From: Atractiella rhizophila
Taxonomy: Eukaryota
Direction of reading: 5' to 3'
DNA length: 20,000 nucleotides
NCBI GenBank assembly: GCA_021432655.1
Contig: MU271427.1
Coordinates: 47,033 to 67,032 of the forward strand
Every line of letters begins with the position of its first letter. The stretch's first letter is position 1. The translations under genes were made by a program, and so were the position numbers. Below the pieces are notes generated by a model. It ran no database searches, was not told the origin of the DNA, and was given only the letters and a program-made list of their open reading frames with translations. This document shows, one piece after another, positions 1-10,075 of this stretch.

Positions 1-320
1 GACGGGTTGGAAAACAAGTTAAGGAGGGGTGGAGATCGTTACGGAAGGGGTAGCGTGAGTTACAGGAAGTATGTACGTGCGAGGGAAAACACTAGACATC
101 AATGTTCAATATCACCGTCAATTTACCCAAGGAATCAACAGTATTATTTAAGCAGTCATGAGGACATTAATTACAACGAGTTGAAGTATTTGTATTGTAC
201 TAGTAGAAACAGAAGGCATATGGGCACAGAATGAAGAAAGCTCAAGTCCTCTAAAGCTGGACATTAATGTCCATAAACGGTGCCGAAGGAATAAACATAT
301 AATTACGGTGATGGTGAGGA

Positions 321-1153
321 TCAAAAGCTGTGGGCGTTGGCCAGATGATACGGAATATGCGCAGCAGAAACGGTTGGCAACCGCGGTATGACGTCTTCTA
401 GAAGACTAGGCAGACGTAGCCTGTCGTATGAGACTGGACATGCGATTTGAACATGCGATTGTAGAGCAGATGTTAATTGGAAGTCTACAAGACAGTGAGT
501 AGTCGCCTGCCACTTCAAGTCTAAAACTCACGGTCAGGGAACGGAGGTGAAATAGAGCCCACCAAGCTTTGACCATTCAGATGGTTGTCCAATGGGAACG
601 GAGGGAACATCCGTGCTCGCATGGCTTGTGGGTAGACGTGAAAAGGCATACTCCATGAAGGGTATACGGCGTTGACGGAGTTGGGAGGCTGAAAGAGGAA
701 TCTATGTGGTCCATTGACGATCAACATCGAAAACCGAAAGGCTAGCGAGGACATACTTGACAGGCTCGGCTTGCTTTGTCACTTTATCACTTGAACGAGG
801 TTTACGGACATAGGTGGTTTCCCAGCTGGACCACCAAGTGAGAAAGGGAACTGATGTCCTGCAAAGAAGCATACATACCAGATCTCCCTGTCGCTGCAAC
901 CCTTGCATTTGCCCATCTCACTCTCCTTCTCACACTTCCTCCTCCATTTGCGCACGCCTAACGAATGACAAATGGCATTAAGAGAATGGGAGGGGGGAGA
1001 AGGGAAAAGACCAACATCACAAGCCAAATACTTCCTGTTACGAGTAATCTTGGTCTTGTTCTGTTTCTTCGGAGCGGTCGTTGACACTGCGGAGGAAGGA
1101 GGTGAAGGGGTCTGAGAGGTGCTAGCAATTTGCTCTGCTGTTTGTGATTGCAT
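321..1153 (-). pseudogene. Zn(II)2Cys6 (fungal binuclear zinc cluster) transcription factor-like gene, 5 exons, apparently frameshifted (pseudogene or sequence error)
   Basis: Hand-built exons 1153-1016, 957-879, 825-757, 701-532, 484-321, separated by GT..AG introns of 58, 53, 55 and 47 nt. Product: MQSQTAEQ...RNRKYLACDAC/(frameshift ~951)/RKWRRKCEKESEMGKCKGCSDREICWETTYVRKPR...AHSF*. This has Zn2Cys6-like Cys spacing, a basic N-terminal flank and a 'TYVRKPR' tail. Introns 2-4 are phase-consistent; intron 1 leaves a 1-nt shift. Confidence 0.7.
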
Positions 1154-1230
1154 GTTAATTGAGAATGCAAGAATATGGTGGCGATCAAAGGATTATATGT
1201 GCTTTGAAAGGGATGAGAACAGTCTTCACA

Positions 1231-1281
1231 CTTACTACCTTACGTTACCTTACTTTACCCTTTACTTTACCATTATTTTAC
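1231..1281. repeat. Degenerate TTAC(C/T)-type low-complexity tandem repeat
   Basis: cttactaccttacgttaccttactttaccctttactttaccattattttac, 80-130 bp upstream of the Zn2Cys6 ATG. Confidence 0.5.
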
Positions 1282-2139
1282 TCATACAGTACCATCTGAT
1301 TTTGATAAGAGAAATAAGGTTTCCAGTTTCCGGCCGCCCAAACACTGCAACACTGCAAAATGCTTGAATCCTTCGAATCAACTGGAGAAGATCAAGAGTG
1401 CTGAAGGAAAGGAGGCACATAGGTTTGTGGTGCAATGGTCCTTCTTGACAACAGTTTCTGACCCTCTTTCTAGTACTACCCGTTGTTGATTCCAGGGTCT
1501 GAAGGAATGCACTGAGTGTGAGATGGAGAAGCTGGTGACTAGAAGAGTTATCCCTGCAACCCTGACCCTGACCCTCCCCTCCAAAAGCCTGCACATCTCC
1601 ATTATCCGTCGCATTCGAAATGATCGGAAAATCTCCATTCTCGTCAACTATTCCGGTAGATGTGGCAGAAGCGCTGGTGAGTGTGTCGAAGTTAGAGTGA
1701 CAGAGAGAGCTCGTCTTAGGGTAGAGGAGAGGCAGCGACAGAAATGGTTGTTCGTTTCTCTTCGTCGATTCTGGATGATGACGGGAAAGGTTGACGAAGA
1801 GGAATGAAGTTAAGCCCTGGGGGCTTCCGCTGGAGATCAGTTCATTGATTCTGTTCCATCCGCTGAGGCGCTGTAGTCGCCTGTAGGAGGAATCCGAGAG
1901 CCACTGAGCATGACCTGCAGAAAAAGAGAGGAATTGTTGGATCTCCGTGCTGGGCAGATTGCCTCAGAGTTGTGTGGTGGGCTCTTGGGTCAGCCTTCAT
2001 GACGCGTGAGTGACGCGCCGAGTCCAACATTCAAACATTGCAGCAGCTTAAAAGGCAGCGGTTCTTTCCAGTAACCGCCATCGCAACAACCCGTAAACGA
2101 CGAGGGTTCCAGAACTTGTACATCCCAGCACACAGAAGA

Positions 2140-2604
2140 ATGTTCGGTCTCTCCTCCAGCCGTCGTACCATCACCCGCGTTGGACCTCGCTCACACCATT
2201 CTCACCGACGAGGACTCGGAGGACTGTTTCATAAATCGCACAACAATCGCTCGCATGCTGAGAACCGAGCCGCACGTTATCAGGTTCGTTCCTCTTCTAT
2301 TCATTCGTTGTCGCAGGAGACAGAAACTGAGGTGGCAATTCGAACAGGCTGCTATGAACAATTCGAATGTTGGAAGGGCAGGAAGGAGGCATGCGAAGAG
2401 AGAGTTGAGGATGATGGTTCGTCTCTCGCCTTCTCTCTGAACATTGGGCAATGATGTCCAGGATCTAACTTGGTTTGAGGTGGATAGGGACGAGAGCCGA
2501 ACCATGAGGAGCTCTCGACGAGATTTAGGAGTCTGTTTCATCTGGGAGGGAGGAGGGAGAATAGAAGGTACCACACTACGACTACGACGAGGACGAGTTA
2601 TTAA
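2140..2604 (+). CDS. Small basic His/Arg-rich protein with a Con-6 (conidiation protein 6)-like motif, 109 aa, 3 exons
   Basis: Exons 2140-2283, 2348-2416, 2488-2604. Two phase-0 GTTCGT..AG introns (64 and 71 nt; the second has a CTAAC branch site). Product MFGLSSSRRTITRVGPRSHHSHRRGLGGLFHKSHNNRSHAENRAARYQAAMNNSNVGRAGRRHAKRELRMMGREPNHEELSTRFRSLFHLGGRRENRRYHTTTTTRTSY*. 'AARYQAAMNNSNVGRAGRRHAKREL' resembles the Con-6 pattern GYKA.L.NPN....K.HA...L (recognised by eye). Confidence 0.8.
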
Positions 2605-3867
2605 AGATTGTCGGTTTTTGGTATCAGGAAAGGGCGGAATGTGTGAATACCAATTTGTGAATAGCTTTGTTTTCTTGCTCACGCGGCATACGCTTTTTGC
2701 TGGCTTTTCTGGAGTTGGCTGTTGTCTAACATAATATAACCTATCCATGAAAGATTTTGCACAATACAGCCGCGAGAACAGACAGGACTTTGCGCGTAAT
2801 ATGCGGTTAGATGGGATCTAGGATTAACACTTTATTCCGCCGCATAGGTGTCTAATGCTCAGGATTGAAAAAATTTTCTTTGACACGAACCTCTAGCAAA
2901 TTGAGGTACGAACAATACATTTCGTCGATGCCGTATTGCCAACGTGATGTCAGCCATTCAGCTTATCAGTACAACAACGCGCATGAAAGAACGGTTTACG
3001 TGCAACAAGCAGCATGATCAATCACGCATGTAACTCGGCAGCCGCATTCTTCGTCGTTCTTCGTCTCTCTCTCTCAAATCACAAGGTTCAACGGGCTCCT
3101 GCCAATATAAAAATGGTTTGAGGAATGGGCCAACTGCCACGGCGTCGCCTTACGTGACAGATATATCCGGATTTAACTCGTTCCCCTTGTTTGCCCTGTT
3201 GTATTCTGTAAAATTTCTTATTCAAAATGGTCACAATAAATTGCATGACGTGATGAACACAATCTACGGCTGAGGGAGTCACGAGCTCTTAAAGTGCCAA
3301 CATTTCGGAAGGCTGGAGGCCCGAAAGCATCAACAGAATATAAAGGTGCAGTCTCTCTCTTTCTGATCGGAGAAAAGAAATTGACTGGATTGGAACACTG
3401 ATTGAAGATGGCCTCGGCGTTGGTTGTCGGCCTCAGTCATGGCAAATCTGCTGCAAGCTCCTACCCCTCATCAACCTGTGATTGTGATTGTAGTATGGAC
3501 CTCTTTTGAATTGAGTTGTAGCCGTCTGACTTTGTTGAAGCTTACAGGAGCTACCATTACTATCACGAGGTAAATGGCACTAAAGCTGCTGCTATAACAG
3601 CAGCCTTTGTGGTGCTCTACATCTCTGCCTTGGTTCGTTATCAGTATCTGGATGGACAGGGAAACTGATCCCGCTTAACTTGCAAGGGTGGAATGATTTT
3701 TACTTTGAGACGATGCATCAAGAAGAGGCGAGCGGAACAGGGCATGTTGTTGTTCCTGTTGTCATATTTCAGAGCTTTTTACGGCCAATTGCTCATGACG
3801 CTCTTCTCCTAGTTGCATCAAAAATCTTTGTTGACTGATCACCGCCTGTCAGGGACTGATATGAGCG

Positions 3868-4030
3868 TATCATGACAAACTCATGAACAATTCACATGAT
3901 AATTACATTTCCGACTCATGTTCATATCATGTTCATACGATCAAATCATGATTCAGTCATGAAAACAGATGAATGAGTTGTGAATTTCATGATAAATCAT
4001 GAGTAATAACATCAGAGTATGATTCATGAC
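3868..4030. repeat. Subterminal cluster of TCATG/TCATGA motifs at the transposase 3' side of the hAT element
   Basis: About ten TCATG/CATGA copies in ~160 bp (tatcatgac, actcatgaa, aatcatgat, agtcatgaa, ttcatgat, aatcatgag, ttcatgac). Confidence 0.7.
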
Positions 4031-4042
4031 ACTGTATATGAA

Positions 4043-7000
4043 TTACCCAGCCTTCCTACATTCTTTTGTACGGCTCTTGAGAATGGAGAGTAGCGTTGAA
4101 TTGTGCTCCAGTAGCCGTCCAGCATTATACCACAACCCAAGTGTAATTCTAGCCCTGAATTTGTCTTCAGAGAGGTTGTGGTGCAGATAAGGGATGGAGA
4201 GTCGGCCGCCGCTAAAGGAGCGCTCGCAATCTGTACCTATGGCTACTCCTTGTTTCAGTCAAGCCCATCAACTATGACCAGTGCGTACTAGGACAGGAAT
4301 GTACTGCTAATGCGAGGCGGGCAAGATCAGGATATGAGGACCCCCTTGCTTTCTTCTCCCACCATCCTAACAAATCAAAAACTTGTGTTGAAGGACAAGG
4401 TGGACTTGATCCTTGATTAATCTTGATTGGTGCCACCTTCCGTTTACATTTCTTCCAGTAACCCAAATCCTCTGAGAATTTAAGCAGAGAAGAATAAGGT
4501 ATAAACCAGAGGCCACAAACATCTTCTTCGTCCAAGTCCTCCACATATTTGGGTGGCTAAGAGTGGTAACAGAGAGTGTCTCCATAACTCTAGGAGCAAA
4601 TGCCTCAACTCATCACGAAGTGTTGTCTCCACATCCTCCACCCAGATGTCCAACCATTCCCATGCATGGAAATACTCAAGTTTATGGAAAGGATGAAGCA
4701 CTTTCTTCCAAAGTCAATGTAGTAATAAAAGTGAAAGATCAAAACCGTACCAATTGCCAATTTATACACAGAAGACTCCCTGCAAACCTTTGTATAGTAG
4801 CAGTTCAGAGCCTGTAACCTTTCCATGCCCCAAATATGGAGAGAGGTCAGATCGATAATGGTAATCACTCAACTTGTAGTAACAGTCAAGAAGAGATTGG
4901 CGGTACTCTTCTCCAGAAAGGTATCTGAGAGCTTTGAGATTTCTTGTTTTAAGAATCCAAGGAGCGAGTGGTAGATACCGAGTGTTTGAAAGAGGCAGGA
5001 AATCTTGCTCATTGACATATCATATGTCGGTCTAAATACATTTCGATACTTTGTATCTGAGGCTGAGATCTAGCATGTCATGGGTTGATCCCCACCTTGT
5101 CCAAATATCAAGGATAAGCATGCGAAGAGATTCATCTGAGAGGCTTTCAAGCTTCTTCAGAGCATCCTCCAAAAGATCCAACCAACTCTTTTGACGTTGA
5201 GGAGATCCACGGACATGTTTGATGATAGCTCACAACTTTCATTGATTAGCTTTGATAGCAAGCAGACCAGTGAGCAAGCATACCTTAGGTAATGCTCCCA
5301 TGATCTCGTTCAAGTCTGTTTCTATTTTGTTCAGTTCCTCCTCACCCAGCTTTGCACCATTATCCTCGGCAAGGCTGGGATCCTCTGTCACGCATTCATG
5401 GTAGTTTGCATCCCTTGTGACTATGCCAACTTCGCACTGCTTTGTTTTGCAGGCAGACTTGGGCCAGACATTGAGGAAGTCAAGCAGGGCAATGACAGCA
5501 AGGTGGATGATATGCGGCATGCAAAGAATGTGCCTTTCAACTGCATCGAAATTGATGCCTCGCTTCTTCAGCCGCTGCTCAATTCCACTCATTGTAGTCT
5601 TGTTGTTAGAAGCACCATCTGTAGTAAAGCAACCGACCTACAGTCATTGTAAGAGAATCTTGAGCAGTTGAATGAAGTAAATGCGTACCAGACTAGCAAG
5701 TCCAAATTTGTCCACCACCTTCATAATCACATCGGCCATATTCTCCCCTGAATGTGCTCCTACAAGCTCTTCAAACCCCAAAACAACCTCTACTAGCTCC
5801 CAGTCCTTGTTGATGAATTGGCCAATAAGGCAGAGGAATGCATAGTGATTCTCAGAAGTCCAGTTGTCAAGAGAGAGGTGAACTTTTGACCCGGAGTCCT
5901 TCTTCCAGAATCAGAAGATAACACCATGATCAAGGAGAAGGAACTGACTTTCAACATTTGCACAACGTCCTGGCTGCTCGTCTCCGCAAACGTGTGAATT
6001 CGGTCCTTGAGAACCTGACGGCTCGGTAGCTCCAGTAATATTTTTGAAGAACCGTCATCCACAAAGCGCATGCCCCCTTTTTCAAGATCTGTAATCTGAA
6101 TTTCATTTGCAGAAGGCAGTGTCCACTGGAGGTAGATAAAAAGTTCTTGCAGAGCTGGACTATCAACAATCGAAAAGGGGAGGTCTTCTTCCACAATGAG
6201 ACGGTTGAGAAGATCAGCAAAGATGGTTGGCTCAAAGGTCTACAAACTTCTTAGTATGAGTTAACATTATTCCGCGAAAGTCATACCTACGATTCATATT
6301 TCTGTGCCACCCTCCGCAGAATTTCATCGATTCCTCTGGCCTTCTTTCTCGAGTTTTGCCCGTCTTTTCGTTTGATCTATTCTCAGCTTGCATCAGAAGG
6401 TACTATCTGCTCCATTGATATGAAGACACAAACCGGTACTGTTCCCGCTGCCTTCCGAAGTTCCTCCTCTGTAATCTCCATCTTGCTTGCTCGCTTCTCC
6501 TTTAGGAGGGCAAAGAACCGAGCTACCGTTCTCCCATGGTGGTCAGATAGATGATGGCAGAGCGTCTTCGTATTTCCATTGCTGGCCATGCTGGATCGAA
6601 GGACCGTGACACAGTGATTACAGCGAAAATATTTGTCGCCCGTCTTGTGTTTTGTTTTGAGATAACCAGGAACCTCACTCCAATTGATGGAATGGTAGAA
6701 ATAGTGGACACCGTGGGTTGTGCGTGATCAACGGGAATCTGTTATAAGATTAGAATTACATAGTGACGGCAGGGATGTAAGGACATACGGGGTCTTCGTT
6801 CTCTGGTACATCTGGTACTGGTATGTTGGCCATAAACGTCGATTTTGTAACTGAATCTCCACCAGAATTAAGCTGTTACAAACCAAGGTCTCATCAGTTA
6901 CTTCACACATATGTTGTAGAACATACCTTCCTCCGCTTGTTCTTCTTTGATCCTTCTATTTTCAGAGGCAATATCTCTGCAATTTCGTCCCCATCAATTG

Positions 7001-7670
7001 CATCAGGCACCAGCTCCATCCTCAGGTCTTCTCTTTTGTCCTCATCCTGCTCCTTTTGATCCGGCATAAAGAGCTGGTCAGGTCCCATCAAATCAACTAA
7101 ACCTTCGGAAAGTAGAGTGGCATGGATGTGTTCTGCTGCAGCACAGAGGCAGGCTTTGCGAGCACACAAAGTCACCTCAGGGACGGAGGAAACTTGCTGA
7201 AGTCGTTTCCAGAGGGTTGCAAACGCTTTGAGCTCATCTTGATATCCAATGTTGATAGAGGATGAAGGGTGCCATCCTGAGAATGTAGCATGGAAGGGAT
7301 CATCATTATCTTCTGCCTGGGCATCAAGCTGATCCAAAAGAGCGACAGTTTTCTTATACAGAGCTGATGTTTTCTATGGAACTATTAACATTGATACAGA
7401 TACTCATACAGTGGAAAGAGACTAGCGTACAGTGTCAGCATACCGAGGGACTAGCAGAGACCAAAGCTTCGATGAATTCGTATCCAGGGATTTCGTGCAA
7501 CCTTTAACTCCAATTCAACCACTACCAGCCACAGTCACTGGCACTCACTTCTCCTCCAAATCTTTCTTCTGCTGCTGCTCACTCAATGCAGTGCCATCCT
7601 CGTTATTCCACTTTGACATGTCTTTCAAAGTCCGCTGTCGCTGAGTCCTTCTGTGGCCTTGTGGAGCCAT
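4043..7670 (-). pseudogene. hAT transposase pseudogene (BED-like zinc finger, DDE RNase H core, hATC dimerisation domain), multi-intron
   Basis: Minus-strand motifs in canonical order: FRCNHC..GNTKTLCHHLSDHH (~6535-6640, BED-like); EEDLPFSIVDSPALQELF (~6140-6194); HLSLDNWTS..LGFEELVGAHSGENMA (~5735-5880, first Asp); FTTDGASNN (~5600-5628, second Asp); HILCMPHIIHLAV (CxxH); LILDIWTRWGSTHDML (~5075-5120); DLLGWWEKK..YPDLARLALAVHSCP; DCERSFSGG (~4205-4232, Glu). Stop TAA at 4045-4043. Several in-frame TGA codons and a frameshift near 5190. The start ATG at 7670 is tentative. Confidence 0.93.
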
Positions 7671-7958
7671 TTTGAAGTGGATGATGATGGAGGAGGGTCG
7701 GTGGCTTTTATGGATCGGAATGTGGGAGATATGTTACAGTATTGTTTCATTTAACTGCAACTCAATGTATTCATATTTCCTGAAGATCAGAGCATCCAAG
7801 AGTACTCACTTTCATCTGGCTTGACAGAAGCACGAGCAAATTCACTAGAACTTGTTCGATCAAAATCCCACAAATGGGCCAAACCTTTGAGCAATCTTAT
7901 GCAGCCTAACCTGCTCCAGCTACCATACTACACAGATCTTCTCGGTAGAAATGCACGG

Positions 7959-8049
7959 GATCGTAAATTGAGGTCGTATCGTATCGTAACGTCGTGGGTG
8001 GTCAGACATCAAGGAGAGCCGGGTACGAGAACACGTATCGTACGCCCTG
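7959..8049. repeat. Subterminal cluster of TCGTA/TACG motifs at the transposase 5' side of the hAT element
   Basis: gatcgtaa, gtcgtatcgtatcgtaacgtcgtg, gtacgag, cgtatcgtacgccctg. Confidence 0.6.
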
Positions 8050-8084
8050 GTCATGACGGGACGATCTCTATCTCTAGGAACAAT

Positions 8085-9735
8085 ATTGCTAAAACAATGT
8101 TGACAGAGTTTTCACATATTGTCAGGAAAACCTCAACATTACTGCAGACCTTATTTATCCTAAGGCTCCTCAATTCCTTACCTGGAAGTCAGGCTCCTAC
8201 TGTTGGAAAATCCGGGAGAGGCAAGAAGCTATTGGCCGTATCTGCCATGATGTGGTGTCACAAGGGGAGTTATTGTATATTCAAATGGTTCTGCATCAAG
8301 TCACCAGCCCAAAATCTTTGAGGATATCCAGACAGTAGAGGGAACTGTCTGTTAGACGGTCAAGGCTACATGTGTGGCTCTTGGGCTGTTAGAAAGTAAC
8401 AAAGAATGGGATTATTGTCTCAATGAAGCCAGCACATTTAAAATGGCTTGTGATGTAATCTCTGTTTGTCTACACTCTGCTATTCAGAGTTGCCAGCAAA
8501 CCCAGAAGATTATGGAACAGCCATCATGAGCGACTTAGTGAGGATCGTAAATACCTTTTACGGACAAAATATGGTATAGACAATCCAACAAACGAGCAAA
8601 TTATCAGCTTCTGTCTCCTCAAAATTGAAGGTCTTGTCCAGGCTCATGGTAGATCCCTAGACTTTGGACTACCACAACCCGCAGAGTGACTAGAAAGATG
8701 GGGAGGTGAGACAAGGATTATTGGAGAAAAACGTGCATATGATCGACCACTACTTCAGGTATGAATTCAGACAGAGGAATCTGGACCAACATCATGCCTA
8801 TGACATGATTGTAGAAGCATGGCAAAGTGGAAATGGTGGATTATTTTTATTGATGGTCCAGGAGGGACTGGAAAGACTTTTGTTGAAAACCTACTACTTG
8901 CCAGGAGTCCTCCCTCTCACAGTGAATATGCTCCTGCTCCGTTGTCAGGCCGAAATGAGCAGCCCAGACTTTGCTATTGCCTCTGGCTTTGCTGAATGGT
9001 TGTTGTCAGTTGGTAATGCACCAACCGATAACCCGGAAGACTGTGGCTGTGGTTCATTGACTATGAAGGACCAAACAATAGTCTGGCGATCCTATGGTCT
9101 GGACGGTCTCCTTGACTGACATCTACCCTGGACTGAGCACCATAACACAAGATGTCAACGCAATCGAGTTGAGGCAACTTTCAAGAGCGCATGGTCCTTA
9201 CGGCCCGGAATGTTGATGTTGACATCATAAACGATCAGCTTATTTGACAATTCGTCTCCTGACAGGAATGAATCTACCTTACTGCTGACCGATTAATGGA
9301 TGACAGTGAGAATGTTCAACAAGGCTTCACAGTTGAATACCTCAATACTCTCAATATGATGGGTCTCCCTCTTCATCGTCTTCATCTCAAAGTTGGAGCC
9401 CCTATCATTCTAATACACAACCTCAATCCTTCAGCTGGGCTCTGTAATGGTACATGGTTGATCATCATCCTGGTGCCCTTATAAATCATTGAGGCTACCA
9501 TCATTACAGGCTCATTCACAGGCACCTCAGTCCTTATCCCACGCATTGCATTGGATAGCAAGTTATCCAATTCATTCCCGTTTACCTTACAGCGGTTTCA
9601 ATTCCCTGTCAAATTGGCTTTCTGTCTCACCATGAACAAGTCACAAGGCCAGCTGGTGGAGACTGTTGGATTATATTTGGGCACACCAGTTTTTGCATAT
9701 GGACAACTTTATGTAGGACTTTCTAGAGTTTTCAA
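8085..9735 (+). pseudogene. Helitron Rep/Hel fragment (Rep-helicase linker plus PIF1-family SF1B helicase), frameshifted and internally deleted
   Basis: Linker motifs: KTMLTEF..LIYPKAPQFLTW..WKIRERQEAIGR..GELLYIQMVL..S/FEDIQTVEG..ATCVALGLLESNKEWDYCLNEA. Walker A IDGPGGTGKTF at ~8849-8881. Then LTVNM..FAEWLLSVGN; VLTARNVDVDIIND; EYLNTL..GLPLHRLHLKVGAPIILIHNLNPSAGLCNGT; RFQFPVKLAFCLTMNKSQGQ..VGLYLGTPVFAYGQLYVGLSRV. Many stops and frameshifts. Confidence 0.95.
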
Positions 9736-10075
9736 GAAGGTCATCAGCCAAAGGTCCAATGAACAGTACAACCCCATCAATGTCAGACTTAGGTGAACAT
9801 GCGTACAGTCACCCTTCACCAGGCACAGGTACGGAGGGAAATGGGATAAGAGACCCTGTTGGTGTGTTGCTGATGACAGGTTCACCACTTGCTGTACTCG
9901 GGGTGCCTGGGTTTGCATTGATGGTAAATGTGCTGATGTGCGACTCGTTCCGTCCTCATATATTGTGATCGCCTGAGTATCAACATTCGAGAACTAAAGA
10001 CACTGACTAGTCCAATAAAATGGCTAATCCTAGTTGAAGGGGTGATAGGCAGCTCCACCATGGTCAAGCCGTCCG

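Larger units (their letters stand above)
3850..8049 (-). mobile_element. hAT-superfamily DNA transposon, ~4.2 kb, decayed
   Basis: Contains the hAT transposase pseudogene. Candidate ends are CAGGGACTGATATG at 3850 and CGTATCGTACGCCCTG ending at 8049 (reverse complement CAGGGCGTACGATACG); CAGGG starts are typical of hAT TIRs. Both ends carry subterminal short-repeat clusters. No 8-bp TSD match (ccgcctgt vs gtcatgac), so the boundaries are tentative. Confidence 0.6.

Noticed and set aside
1556..1576. Telomere-like (CCCTGA)n
   Set aside because: Only two to three units; not an array.
2191..2748. 185-aa minus-strand ORF
   Set aside because: Antisense shadow of the spliced Con-6-like gene; no recognisable motif.
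3577..3615. Small hairpin gctgctg-ctataa-cagcagc
   Set aside because: Only a 7-bp low-complexity core with no supporting context.
3868..4030. CRISPR-like or satellite array
   Set aside because: Repeats are 5-6 bp and irregularly spaced in eukaryotic DNA; better explained as hAT subterminal repeats.
7821..8321. 166-aa plus-strand ORF
   Set aside because: Spans the hAT end/Helitron junction, mostly out of frame with the Helitron protein; likely spurious.
8706..9796. Functional host PIF1 helicase gene
   Set aside because: Multiple stops and frameshifts, missing Walker B, and Helitron-type linker motifs upstream.
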